Source: the human T2T-CHM13v2.0 reference genome, Homo sapiens
DNA length: 64,000 nucleotides
Strand: one strand, 5' to 3'
Assembly (NCBI RefSeq): GCF_009914755.1
Contig: NC_060947.1
The notes under the pieces were generated by a model that worked only from the letters and a program-made list of their open reading frames with translations, made no database searches and had not been told where the DNA came from. Both the position numbers and the translations under genes were made by a program. Below are positions 26,750-39,318 of this stretch, one piece after another; positions within the stretch are counted from its first letter, which is position 1, and every line of letters begins with the position of its first letter.

Positions 26750-27262
26750 TCTCTACATTGACCTACTGGATGAGCTTATCCATTTCCATAGCTTTAGTCA
26801 TCATCTTTAGGGGGGTGATCTAAAAATGTCCATCTTCAGGACTTAATTTGCTGCTCAGCTCTAGGCCTGCCTTCCAATTGTCCACTAGACATCATCTTCC
26901 CAAACTAGAGTTCCTCAAGAATTCCCACTTCTATCAAGAACACCACAATATTTCCAGTTGACTTCATAGACATATACTTGATTCCTGTCCTTCTCTATTT
27001 CTTCACCTCTAATCTGTCACCAAGCCCTGATGGTTTTGCTTTTAAATATCTGTATTTGCCTATTCCTCATTTCCACTGTCACTTTCGTAGTTCATGGTAG
27101 AATTTCACTTAACCCATGGTACTAGAAACATTTCTTTGTAAGATGCCCCGCTTCATCTCTAGCCTGCATCCATTCATTCTCCTTACAAAAAGCAGTCTAC
27201 TTTCAACACCATAAATCCACATCAAACAGTCCATATATATTTGTTGAAATGAGATGAATTAA
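26750..27262 (+). mobile_element. L2 fragment
   Basis: 'atccatttccatagcttta...catcttt', 'aattgtccactagacatc', 'aatctgtcaccaagccctg'. Confidence 0.75.
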
Positions 27263-28019
27263 ATTGCATTACAAAATATTCCTATATGACAGACAGTTTC
27301 CTTATTTGGAACATGTGCATATTAATGATTTAGGGATGCTATGAATGCTAGAGAATAAACACGATTTCAAGGTATTTTGCAAGCATAATGTCCCAGGACT
27401 TTGAAATAAAAATACATTTCTATCTACTATATTCACATTCTATGAAACCATCAGAATTTTTGCAGTATGATGTGCTTCATAATACCAGCTTATTAACATT
27501 GTGTGTTCATATCTATGGTGCTGCCTTTTGGAAACTGAGCAAAATTCTCAGAGTAAGGTACTCACAGTGAGATGGGTCATACTACTGGCCCATCTAGGGC
27601 AATAAGGAGGCAATCACTAAATTAAGCTCTGATGAATGTGAGAGGTTAACTTATTTCTCCAACCTAATCCATTTATTTTCAGCTCCACTAACTTACTAAA
27701 GGATCAAACGGAATATATTTAACTATATGATCAAAATATAAGGATGATTCACTGACTTTTCTAGGTTGGTAGTACAGCAATTGATTTGCTGGTACAACCC
27801 TGCAGACACCATCTTGTACAGCTACACTGCGTGAAACAGTGCCAGGCAAGCCACCCTGCATTTTCACTGAATGAATGCAGGCCTTCTTTGCTGCCCTTGT
27901 TGCCGCCCATTTGACTCCTGTCCCAAGTCAGACAATCTTGAATTCATGCATTCTCCTGAAAAGTGCACATGGCCCTTGGCTTCTTCTCCATTCCTATATG
28001 TCTCCTCCTCTTTCACAAA

Positions 28020-28215
28020 GATCCAGCCACATGAACCTTCTGTGGAGTTCTTAAACCAACAATCAGCTTCTTCTTTCCTGTCTCTGGGCCTCTGTGCTTG
28101 CTGTTTCCTCTACTTAGAATGCTTTTCCTCTAGATAAGCATATGTATGGCTGCTTCTCATCATCCATGTGTTAGCTCAAATGCTTATTCCTTTATTTAAA
28201 GGAGCAACCCTTACC
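28020..28215 (+). mobile_element. L2 fragment
   Basis: 'ccagccacatgaacctt', 'gggcctctgtgcttgctgtttcctctacttagaatgctttt'. Confidence 0.75.
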
Positions 28216-28408
28216 ACCACATCAGGTGCTCTTCAGCCCATTACCAAGGAAATCTCTCTCTAGTGGCATCATTATTGGTGCATTCCTGAATTGAGTAAGG
28301 CAGGAAAGGATAACCATGTTGAAACTTTGATACTAGAATGAATAACTTGTTGCAAATGGAAAGTTCCTTTTGATTTTCATGAAGCTTTATGAGGTACTGA
28401 GGAGAGGA

Positions 28409-28700
28409 TGTATTAGTCAGTTTGCTTTTTATTGCAAATGGCAGAAACCCCACTCAAATTAGCTTTAGCAATGATGGGAATTTATTGGCTCACATATGGG
28501 ATGTCCAAGGGGGTATGTTCACTTCAGGCATGCCAGGATCTTATGGTTTGAACAATATCAGCAGCACTCTGCCTTTTTTCTCCATCTCTCAGCTTTGCTT
28601 TTCTCTGTGTTGGCTCTATTGTCAGACAGGTTTTTCCCACAGTTGGAAAAGATGGCCACTAGAAGCACCAGGCTCTGGTCTGGAGACATAACCATGAATA
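28409..28700 (-). mobile_element. MaLR LTR fragment (MLT1J/K-like)
   Basis: 'tgtattagtcag...ttgcaaatggcagaaaccccactcaaattagctt...atttattggctca', 'cttcaggcatg', 'aagatggccac'. Confidence 0.8.
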
Positions 28701-29404
28701 GGAAAGATACAGTTCCTGCTCTCTTAGAGGTATGACTTGAGGAATGATGAGCTGTCTGGACATCTACCTCTTGTGACATGATACAGGAGTAAAATGGACA
28801 ATAATGAAGGCAGCAAGGACATATAGATATGCAAATAATGAAATAAATAAGGTAATTTTAGATGGTGACAACCACTATTTAATATGCCTTTAGGACGTCT
28901 TGGTCACAGCTTCCCATATACTTCAATTCTAGCCAGTCTTTATAGAGCACCTATACTGTGCTTCCCTGTGTCAAGGGGTTGGGGTGCAGAATTGAGTAAC
29001 TGAGTCCATAACCCTGAATGACATACAGTAGTATGCTATGCTCACTCAACTGCCACACAGTAAGCAGAATAGGAAGGAAACCGTAAGGGACATCCTAACC
29101 AAGGGACCACCCTAGTAGGTGAACTCCCAGGTGTTTGAGGTAGGGGGAAAGTTAAAAAAAAAAAAAAAACCTGGTAAAATATTCTATGTATGAAGTGGTG
29201 AAGGGCAGAATTAAAGTCCTGGTAGTGGTAATTGAGAAGTGATCAGCCATCAATATATCAATATGCCTGGGTGAATGATGGTTTCCTGAGAGCTACAATG
29301 AATTCAAGTAGCAGCAGGTCTCAATGAAAACAGCAGGGCAGAGAGTGATAAGCTTGCTTTGAGACATGTTAGTTTGAAGAATATGTGGAAAGCAGTGATC
29401 AATA

Positions 29405-29645
29405 TCATTTCTGTTCCCATTTGTTGAGGGACTTTATGTGCCAAGAAGTATGCTTCATATACATTGCTCCACTTAATTACACATCTATTGTCTCTCGGCA
29501 AAGCAGATGTTGGTAGCCCCACTTTTTACTTTTGGGACACTTGAAACTCTGAAAAGTTATGATACTCATGCAAGGTCACACAGCAAGTTACACCACAGCC
29601 AACATTTGACCCCCTACCACTGTCTGACACTTTCTGCCTTACCAC
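29405..29645 (-). mobile_element. MIR
   Basis: 'catttgttgagggactttatgtgccaag...caaggtcacacagcaagt'. Confidence 0.75.
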
Positions 29646-30559
29646 CCTGTGTTATCACAATGATACCTTCAAAATCGGCAACCAAAAAGATCTTACTGGC
29701 TTACCTTCCCATTAAAATCATTTCCAGTTGAAGAAAGAAGAAAAGGGGATGACTCAACCCCAACAGGAAGGTTGATTTATTTTGGAAGACTTTTCACAAG
29801 ACTCTTTACGGAGCTCTCTGACAGTGCTAATTTTAACCAAGTCATTGTGAAGCAACCTTGGATTCCTCTATGCAAGGCAAAGTACAAACACAAGCGTATG
29901 ACTCAGCACAAAGCAGCTGTGGCTCTCCCTCCACTCCATTACCCACACCCCAAAAGGGATGAGTAACAGGTTCACTAATAAATTCAAAACTTTTTCAGAA
30001 AGCCCATCCACACCCCCCACTGCTCCAAGTTTTTAATACTGAGGCTTCAGCATCACTTCCCCAAAAGTCTACCCTGGTGAATATTCTTCCCATAATTCCC
30101 TCTTGCTCTGGTGTTGAAGGCAGAATGAGCTTCGTTGTGGGACATGTCCTACAATTGGTAAATGTTAGTATGCATCTGCTTTCTGACACCACTGATCAAA
30201 GGGAAAAGAGGGCATGGAAGAGCTCAGATGTAGTAAGAACAGCAACAGCAATGGTCATGGAAATCTGGTCTCGATTTTTGGATGAGGGCCTTTGCATAAA
30301 GAGCTCTGAGATGCTTCCCTACCTTACTGTTATTGTGAGAGAGCTGCCCAGGACCCTCTAAACTCAAAGTCTCCCCATGATTTTCTCCTATCTCTCTTGT
30401 TGATCTCACTCTCCACTGCCAAGAAATGGAGGTGAGTGGTTCCTCAGACTTTGATCTGGAGTCCACAGCCAACAGCTCAGCAGGTGAGGGGAGTTCTCCC
30501 TTGCTCTTCTGAAAAATCTGAAGATCCTCTTTAATGTTGCCTGCCAAGCACATGATGAG

Positions 30560-31340
<781 letters not shown>

Positions 31341-32209
31341 TATTCAGTCACCTCTTAGAAAGCCAAGATGATTTATTTAGGGCCAGAGTACAAACCTTGC
31401 ACCAACCGACCTAACGCATTTGAACAAACCACCCAAATGAAAGCTCTAGTACTATCTTCATAGCTCCATCGTCACTACAGAAACAGGCCAAATTCAAAAA
31501 CAATGTGTTAAATGGATGAATGAAAGAATGAATAAATGAATGTAGAACTGTAACTTTTATTGTTACAACCTAATCTCCCTGCACAGTTCACACTTAGTCG
31601 GAGGCCCATCCAACTGTGCTCCATAGACCCATCCATAGACCCATCCAACTGGGCTCTAGGGTTCAACCCACTGGTTTTTACATTGAAACAATCCATGATC
31701 TACTCTGCAGTCACCTATGCTGTGCTCCATGAAATAGACCACACTTCATTTTTAACAAGTTTCTCTCCTTGGCCCCATTTGCTTATTTGAAGTTTCAATG
31801 CATTTAACAGTATCATTGTTCACTGGCCCTTCGCTTCTCAATCCCACCTCTCTACTGCATCCTCCTACACAAGCTTAAACTAATTTCTTCTTGAATTCCC
31901 CACAGACTTAGAACAAAAAAACATGTCTTCGTAATAGATCTTACCACCTTCTCCTTTGACTATGATTTATTTAACAAACTTGCATAGTGTGCCTGATATG
32001 TGCTGAACACCATTAAAGGAGAAAATGCCATGGTCTTTACCATGGAGAAGCGTTCCACCTACCAAGCTGATATAAACTACAAGCCATGCTATTACTTAGT
32101 ACCAGCAAGGATGAGGTAGTCAGCCGCTACCATAGACTGGGGGTCTATATAAATTGGAACTATATAACAAGACCTTAAAATTTCACATCATTTTCCCTAA
32201 TAATTTCAA

Positions 32210-32580
32210 GCCTTGAAAGCTGGACTAAAGAAATAAAGATGTGATCAAATATTTACATATAAAGCTATTTATCGGAATAATTATTTAGGACAATTAAATT
32301 CCCCTAAATTAGTAAATATTAAAATATATTACAGTAAAACTATATAGCTACCAGGAATATTTAATGACATGGAGAAATGTTCACTAAGACAAAATGGATA
32401 CAAAACTGTATGTATAGTATTGTAATCATTTTATTTTGTATAACATACATGCATAAAACATTGAAAAAGAATACAATAAAATACCAATTTGATCTTCTTT
32501 GGATGTTTAGGGTTACATGTACTTTGTAATATGCCAAATTTGTGTGCTTTCCTGAATCCTCCAGACTGAGCAAATATTTT
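32210..32580 (+). mobile_element. Old L1ME-like 3' UTR fragment
   Basis: 'atttaatgacatggagaaatgttcac', 'ggatacaaaactgtatgtatagtat'. Confidence 0.6.
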
Positions 32581-33548
32581 AATTTATATATTAAATTTTA
32601 ATAAATACATAATTTATAAATTTTAAAATTAAATAATTTAAATATTTTAAAGTAAGCAATAGGCATTACACAAAAATATATATCTTATTTTTGGAAATTT
32701 TCTCCAAGAAAAAGGGCATGTATATTCTATATGTGTATTGCATTATATCTAGAGAGGTGAGAGTTAGAGATTTTTGAATCTTTTCCATTTCGGCCTTTGA
32801 GGGACACACTCCTCTTGCAGGAAGATGTTATCGCGGTGCTCTCAGAAAGAAAAAGACCCCACCCAGGGGTGCCCTCACATCCCAGGAATCTCCCAATCCC
32901 CAGAGGGCAGCATAATCCCTACAGCAAAAGAGTAATAAACAAAGTTCCTCTCAGAAAGGAATCTGCAGGAGCCTCAAACCAAATAACTATAGGCTGGGAA
33001 ACAATCTTAGAAAATGCTCACTCCAGTCCCACACCTCCTCACTGATGACAAGAATTTTGTCTACAGTTTCTCTGCAACTTAGCCAGTCAGAATGTGCCTC
33101 AGTATCAATGAGACATGAAGACTTCCCTTTTCCACACTTAAAATGACGTCCTAAAATATAGACCCACCATATCTTTCCAGTTTTCATTCTCACCATGCCC
33201 CTCCATGGAAAGCCTGGTTTTCAGTGATACAAGTCTCACTACTGTTTACCAAACACATGTGTTCAGGTCAGATATTAAGCCCCTGCTTGGGATTTGCTCT
33301 TTCTCTCAACAATGACTGACTGTACTTGAAATGACAATCATTTATTTCTCTTGCTCTCTTCTCAAAGTCATACAACTTGCCCAAATAGGCATCACTGATT
33401 GGATAAGAATGGACAACTGACCAAAGCTGGGTGACTTTGGCATCAGGACACAGGAATTCAAGTCAATCTCTGTTGGATCCTCAAACTAGGAAGTAGTTTT
33501 AAAGTGGAAGCTGATGTGACTACAAGTGTGTGAAAGCAGAAGAGGAAA

Positions 33549-33552
<4 letters not shown>

Positions 33553-33588
<36 letters not shown>

Positions 33589-33604
33589 TCTCTGTGTGTG
33601 TGTG
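33553..33604 (+). repeat. (TG)17(TC)3(TG)6 microsatellite
   Basis: Seen directly. Confidence 0.97.
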
Positions 33605-34174
33605 TTTAGTGTGGAGAAGAGATAAGCTTGAAGTGGTCTTTGAAGCAGCAACAAAAGTTTATATGACCCAAGATGATGAAACAAGTAATCTTGGGTTCTC
33701 AAACTTTCAGTTGTTGAATCCTACCACAAGATCTAGGGGCAGGCTGTAATCATGGACTCTTCCAATATAATCTCCTTTTTTTATTTGAGCAGTTCAAATG
33801 GGTTCTCAACTTACTTACAGAAATTTGCACATAAGTTAGCCAGTAAAAAAGAATGAAAATAATTGTGTTCATACTAAAAAGCTCCATTAAAGGCCAGATG
33901 ATGCCTGGCTCATTCCTCACTCTGTCCCTAGCACTTAGCAAATAAGAGGCCCTCAACAACTATTTGCCTCACTTTGACAGCATCCTGAATCCCTGTCCCT
34001 TGTGCCTAAAATATACCCCCATTTCTACTTAGTCCAGTTCAAACTCCTCTATTTTTTCCACAGCTCCTTTGTTGGCTGCATGAGTCCACAGATAAGACAT
34101 CCTTTCCCTGTATTACTCTAGAGCAACTGCAGTCCACAGCATTCACCCTGGTCCATTGTTGTGAACTGCCTTAG

Positions 34175-34177
<3 letters not shown>

Positions 34178-34211
<34 letters not shown>
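34178..34211 (+). repeat. (TG)17 microsatellite
   Basis: Seen directly. Confidence 0.97.
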
Positions 34212-34213
<2 letters not shown>

Positions 34214-36607
34214 TGATATCAAAAGATTATAAAATCTTGGAAGGAAGGGGCCACCCTTTCTCCCACTTCTCAGTATATTTCTAGTACTATCTTTGCCAGA
34301 GAAGACATTTAATAAAGATTTGCCTAAAAAGCGCAGCATGCATTCAAAATTTACTTTTTCAAAAGTCCTCAAGTCAGTCTGGCAGGAAACTGATAATTTT
34401 TAAAACCATGGACTCAAGCCAGCAGGGTATTGGTTGCCTAGCAGCAAGTGGCCTGAAAGAGTTAACAAGCCTCAAGTCTGAAAAAAATATATAACTTGTT
34501 CACATTGAGGCCAACATATTTGTTAAATTCCTAGCAAAACATGCACTGTGCTAGGGTGTCTGATTTCTTTCCACTGTGTTTATACTGTAATAAAGTAATG
34601 ATTCTATTTGAAAGCTGACTGAATTCAATTAATAACTGCTGTGTTCATTTATTTAGTAAAAGCAAAGTTTAGATTGTAAGGTTTTATTTATTTTAATGTT
34701 CACATAAACAAGGCAGATAGCAAAATGCATACAGAATGGAAAATATGATCCGGTGCTTTCTGGATGGGCCAACTTTCCCCTTCAAAACAGACTCCAAATC
34801 CGGAGAAATCGCAAAAATGAAGATGTATGAACAAAAACCTAGGAGAACAGATCTGAAAGTCTTTTAATCTCTTCTATTTAAAGTCAAAAATAGTCATTTG
34901 TTCAGTGTCATTTCTCATCATGAATCTAAGACCCTATGCTGTAAAACTCTACCCGTTTTCACTTGCTGTATCACCGTCCCCATGCAGTTATATGGCGGCT
35001 TAGTAGAGATGGTAACAAATAAGCCCAGCTGCTTCTGTACTGCAGCTGTTTACCAAAAGTGCATCACAGGGGACACACACAGTTCAAACCACAACTTGAC
35101 CAAATGGATTTATAATTGAAGTTGAAAAGTCAAGAGCTGTAGAGACACCCCAAACCTCCCTTGGCTGCTATGGGCTGAAGCACTTGATGTATCCCTAGCA
35201 ACTTGGGTCACTGAGGTACACACGTATCCTACATTTACTAATTGATTGTCTGTAGGAAATGAAAAATGAACAGAAAGGATGGAAGAAATGAGCAGGAATA
35301 CAGCTCTGAAATCAATTCTCTTCTGAAGTCTATTTCTTATGAATTATAATACATTAAAAAGGATTTTCTACCATAATCAGAATTCCAATCTTATTTGGCC
35401 CTTATGGCCAATCTTTGGGACTACTGACTCTAACTACCCAAAATGTTTAGCAATAGTGACTATGTGCTGTAGGAGATACCAGAATACCTGTGCACTGGAT
35501 ACAGCCCATTTGCAATAGCAGACTTGGTCCTTTACTGAAGTGAATATGACAGAAAAGGGCTGTTTTTTTTTTTTAATAACTGTCAACTTTTCCCTAGGCA
35601 GCAGGGCTGTGGGCCCATCTACAGCTAGGGAGTAGAGACTGACAGGGACTCTTCCAGCTACAGATGCTTCTGGGAAACCTTCAAGTGAACACTGTCTAGG
35701 ATAGTATGAATCCCCTTTGCTTTAGCGCAGATGTTTTTGTGAAACTCCAACCCACCAGGGAGCTGAGAGTCTAAGCAGAATCCTTTTGTCAAGAATCAAA
35801 ACGATGAACTAACACCTCCAAGCTGAAACAAGAAAATAAACTCATTAAAAATAGAACATGTCACATTATCTAGTTTGGGGGCTGAGTGTTCTTCCAATCC
35901 TAAAAACAACTCTCTGTGGCCAAATTGCTCCAGGCCTCCAACATATCCAACATAGCTATATGTGAATAGAGTCATCAGCTTCTGCTGTTCGTATACAAAA
36001 GCCTGTGTATTTCTAGTTTTATCCAAGAATATGGAGATGGCAGAATTTATCATTTGCAAAACCTCAAATGTACTGTACTCAGCTGTACCCTAAATACATA
36101 TGTGTCTACTAAGAAGAGTGTAACAAAGGGTGATTTGCAGCATTCAAATATAGATTTATGTGCTCAGATAAAAACAAATAAGTATATAAATAAGAAAAAA
36201 TGACCAAAACTCAGTTTGTAACAAATGGGCCCTTTAGCTAGTGTGTTTCCCATGTCCATTCCCCAACAGCTTAGGTGGCTACAGGGAATGAAAAGCCAGC
36301 AGCAAACTATCCCCCCACCCCCCATTTTAAAGGTCACTCCTCCATGGAGTTTGCAGCAGTTTGCAGCAGTTCACTCCTGCAATGCATCTTTTTTAAAAAG
36401 AGTTGAAGGCCATTTACTGTTCCTGAGATTGGATCCAATGGAGTCGTCACTCCCAGCAACGTCCTTAAAAGCTTAAATATCGCCACGAAGATAAAAGGTG
36501 CAGAGTATAAAGCTGGAAGAGCTTAGTACCATTTGCAGCAAAAGAGCCCATTAATCCCATCCTTTTGTACCAGATCACAGTTTACTGAGCCATTAAAACG
36601 AAACCCC

Positions 36608-36936
36608 AGCCGAGTGCAGTGGCTCACGCCTGTAATCCCAACACTTTGGGAGGCCGAGGCGGGTGGATCATGAGGTCAGGAGCTTAAGACCAGCCTGCCC
36701 AACATGGTGAAAACCCGTGTCTACTAAAAATACAAAAATTAGCCGGGCCTGGTGGCACACGCCTGTAATCCCAGCTACTCTGGAGGCTGAGGTGGCAGAG
36801 TCGCTTGAACCCGGCGCGGGAGGGCGGGGGGTGGGGGTGTGCAGAGGTTGCAGTGAGCTGAGATCGCACCATTGCGCTCCAGCTTGGGCGACAGAGACGG
36901 GAGAGGGACTCCGTCTCAACCACAACGACAAAAAAA
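36608..36936 (+). mobile_element. AluS (Sg/Sc-like) with G-rich insertions
   Basis: Both arms; TSD gaaacccc at 36600-36607 and 36937-36944; extra sequence near 36815-36840 and 36897-36907. Confidence 0.95.
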
Positions 36937-37010
36937 GAAACCCCTTCCCAGAACTAAACTGAAAGATAACCCCAACTGAAAATAGAAAGGGGAAAAACAT
37001 GTCAGGAGTG

Positions 37011-37012
<2 letters not shown>

Positions 37013-37058
<46 letters not shown>
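37013..37058 (+). repeat. (GT)23 microsatellite
   Basis: Seen directly. Confidence 0.97.
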
Positions 37059-37059
<1 letters not shown>

Positions 37060-37360
37060 TGTTAACTTTTAAGTTGGTTTGCTTCTTGGTTGTTTTTACA
37101 TTATAGAACTGTGTCTGCTAGGATCAGTAGCCATCCTGGGCTGTTGTCTGGTCTTTATGGCTAGTGCCCCTGCTCTACAGGCCCTGGCTTATAGAGACAC
37201 CTATATCTCCTCCAGCCTAGAAGCAATTTGTGTTTCATGGAGGACCAGTGTTAGTTGTCTAACGCTAAATTTTAGGCCCACCTCTGCCACTTAATATGTG
37301 AGACCTAGGGCAAGTATAACCAGGAGACTAGCTGTTCTGTCTGTAAAAGAGAGGTCACCG

Positions 37361-37549
37361 GCTTTCTTTACACCATGCTGCCTTTAGATAAAAATTTCAG
37401 AAATATTTTCATCATGTCAATGTCCAGCTCAAAACTTGTACTGGCTCCCCACTGCCTGCAGGACTAAGTTCATGTATTTGTCTTCCCTACCAGTCTGTGA
37501 GGTTACTGAGGGCATTGACCATGTCATAGTCATCCTTAGGTTTGCAGAA
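37361..37549 (+). repeat. 189-bp direct repeat, copy 1 (L2-derived)
   Basis: About 9 substitutions and no indels against 38027-38215 (offset 666). Confidence 0.97.
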
Positions 37550-37983
37550 GCAAACATCTTTGGTTCTATACCTTTCTGACCAAGGGCATACTAATTTTTT
37601 AAGAAAACCAAAAATATTTGGAGGAGAACAGCAACAGACTTGTGGAAGATTCCCTAAGATATTTCTTAACATGGACACCCAGTGGCATGACTTGGGGTTA
37701 AATATCTGTCTCCTAAGACTCAGGTTCTGTAGTGTAGACTGGGAGCTCAGCCAATCAGATGGAGAGAGAAAAAGTTGTGTCCCCCACTCTAAACACAAAC
37801 AGTGAGGGGCTGTCAAAGTGCCTTGTTGCTCAGTAAATGTGATGAGGGCAAAGCTAATCTCTAAGTTTCACTTTTGGAAGTCCCAAGGGTAACTAACTTG
37901 AGAAGGAGGTCACTCTGGTTGAATAACATTGTGTTTACCTTAAGGCCAAACAGTAAAATGTGTGGCCTTTTAGCATTGGCTTC

Positions 37984-38015
37984 CGAATTGGTCTTTATGC
38001 GAATTGGTCTTTATG
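37984..38015 (+). repeat. Perfect 16-bp tandem duplication
   Basis: cgaattggtctttatg twice. Confidence 0.97.
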
Positions 38016-38026
38016 CTTCAGGCCCA

Positions 38027-38215
38027 GCTTTCTCCACACCATGCTGCCTTTAGATAAAAATTCCAGAAATATTTTCATCATGTCAATGTCCAGCTCAAAA
38101 CTTGTACTGGCTCCCCATTGCCTGCAGGACTAAGTTCACGTATCTGTCTTCCCTACCAGTCTGTGAGGTTACTGAGGGCATTGACCATGTCATAGTCATC
38201 TTTCGATTTGCAGAA
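38027..38215 (+). repeat. 189-bp direct repeat, copy 2 (L2-derived)
   Basis: About 95% identical to 37361-37549. Confidence 0.97.
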
Positions 38216-39246
38216 CCAGCCATAGTAACTGTATACATTAAACTGGATTAAGTTATGAACCCAGTATCCTAAGTTGAAAACTACAGATGATTTTAATTTT
38301 CTATGTCTTACTAACCAATATTTCAAAATCTTCTATAATCAACAGATACAATTTTACTTTTCTAAATGAAAAAAATAGGTTACTTAGAATTTCGGTGTAA
38401 CCTCTTTTGCTTTAACTTTCAAGAGCTAAATCCCAGATTCCAGCAATCCACAAAGAACTCTGCAAAGTTCTCTGAGCAAGACTTGGCTGCTGTGGAGGGG
38501 CTCCTACACTACTCAGATATGTGGCAAGTAGAGGAACAATTATACCATGAGGCAAAATGTGGCAACAGCTGTAAAAGTGGTCCTAGCAAAATGCCATAGG
38601 AGTTCAGTGGAGGAAGCGGACCCATAACCAAGAGGAAGATGAGGATGCCTTCTCCTTAAAAAGCTGATCAAGATAAGGAGGAGGAACATTCTTCCCCATA
38701 TGATCACATCTAAAAAGTGCTTGGTTTGGCCATTTCATGGGCAAGCAGAAATGACCTGCCATCATGCTAAAAACTGCTTTTCAATCCTGCCTAATAAGTC
38801 TGAAGCACAGTAACAATTTGGCATCTTGTCTAACATGTCAGAATATCTTGATGGGAACTTGTATTTTATTTCAAATGTGTGCTGCTCATGGAGGATGGCT
38901 CTCTGCTTACAGCTTTGAAAATAAACGAGATGAAATGTGCTGTAGGTTGCAAAACTGCATCTGTGATTTGGTTGCTTAGTAGGTTGGAAATCAAAACATA
39001 TGCTCTAATGGGAATAAATCGTAGGGGCCCAAGCCAGTCCATCATAAATCCTATTCAATTGATCCTCATCCTCATACAAATGTACCCAGCATTTTGACAT
39101 TTGACTCAGTCCTTCTGGGAGTTAAGCAAGGCAGTAGTCATTAGCCATATATCCAGGATGTGAAAAGAATCTAAAAGTTTTAAATGTCTGGCCAAAGGTC
39201 CCACATCCAGTAAGGAGAGGAGTTTGGAAAAAAAAAAAAATACTAT

Positions 39247-39318
39247 GCATATTACTAAACATAATCTAGTGAGAATAGAATTTGTGATAAAATTTTCTCC
39301 CTCTTCTCCCCCTGCCCT
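39247..39318 (+). repeat. 72-bp dispersed direct repeat, copy A (copy B at 42410-42482)
   Basis: gcatattactaaacata...agaatagaatttgtgataa.attttctccctcttctcc.cctgccct, about 6 differences. Confidence 0.93.

Noticed and set aside
30224-30553. 109-aa ORF ending in CCCC
   Set aside because: No recognisable domain; the cysteines come from an acagca repeat; length is within chance.
32575-32655. Extremely AT-rich patch
   Set aside because: Low-complexity decay at the end of an old L1 fragment; no specific structure.
35752-35765. CTCF-like CCACCAGGGAGCTG
   Set aside because: A single imperfect match, expected by chance in 64 kb.
37361-38215. 189-bp repeats as paired LTRs or a CRISPR-like array
   Set aside because: No TG..CA ends, PBS/PPT or TSD; the sequence is L2-like, has only two copies and is eukaryotic.
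38366-38599. Protein-looking ORF (ELNPRFQQSTKNSAKFSEQDLAAVEGLL)
   Set aside because: No family recognised and no convincing splice-site pair.
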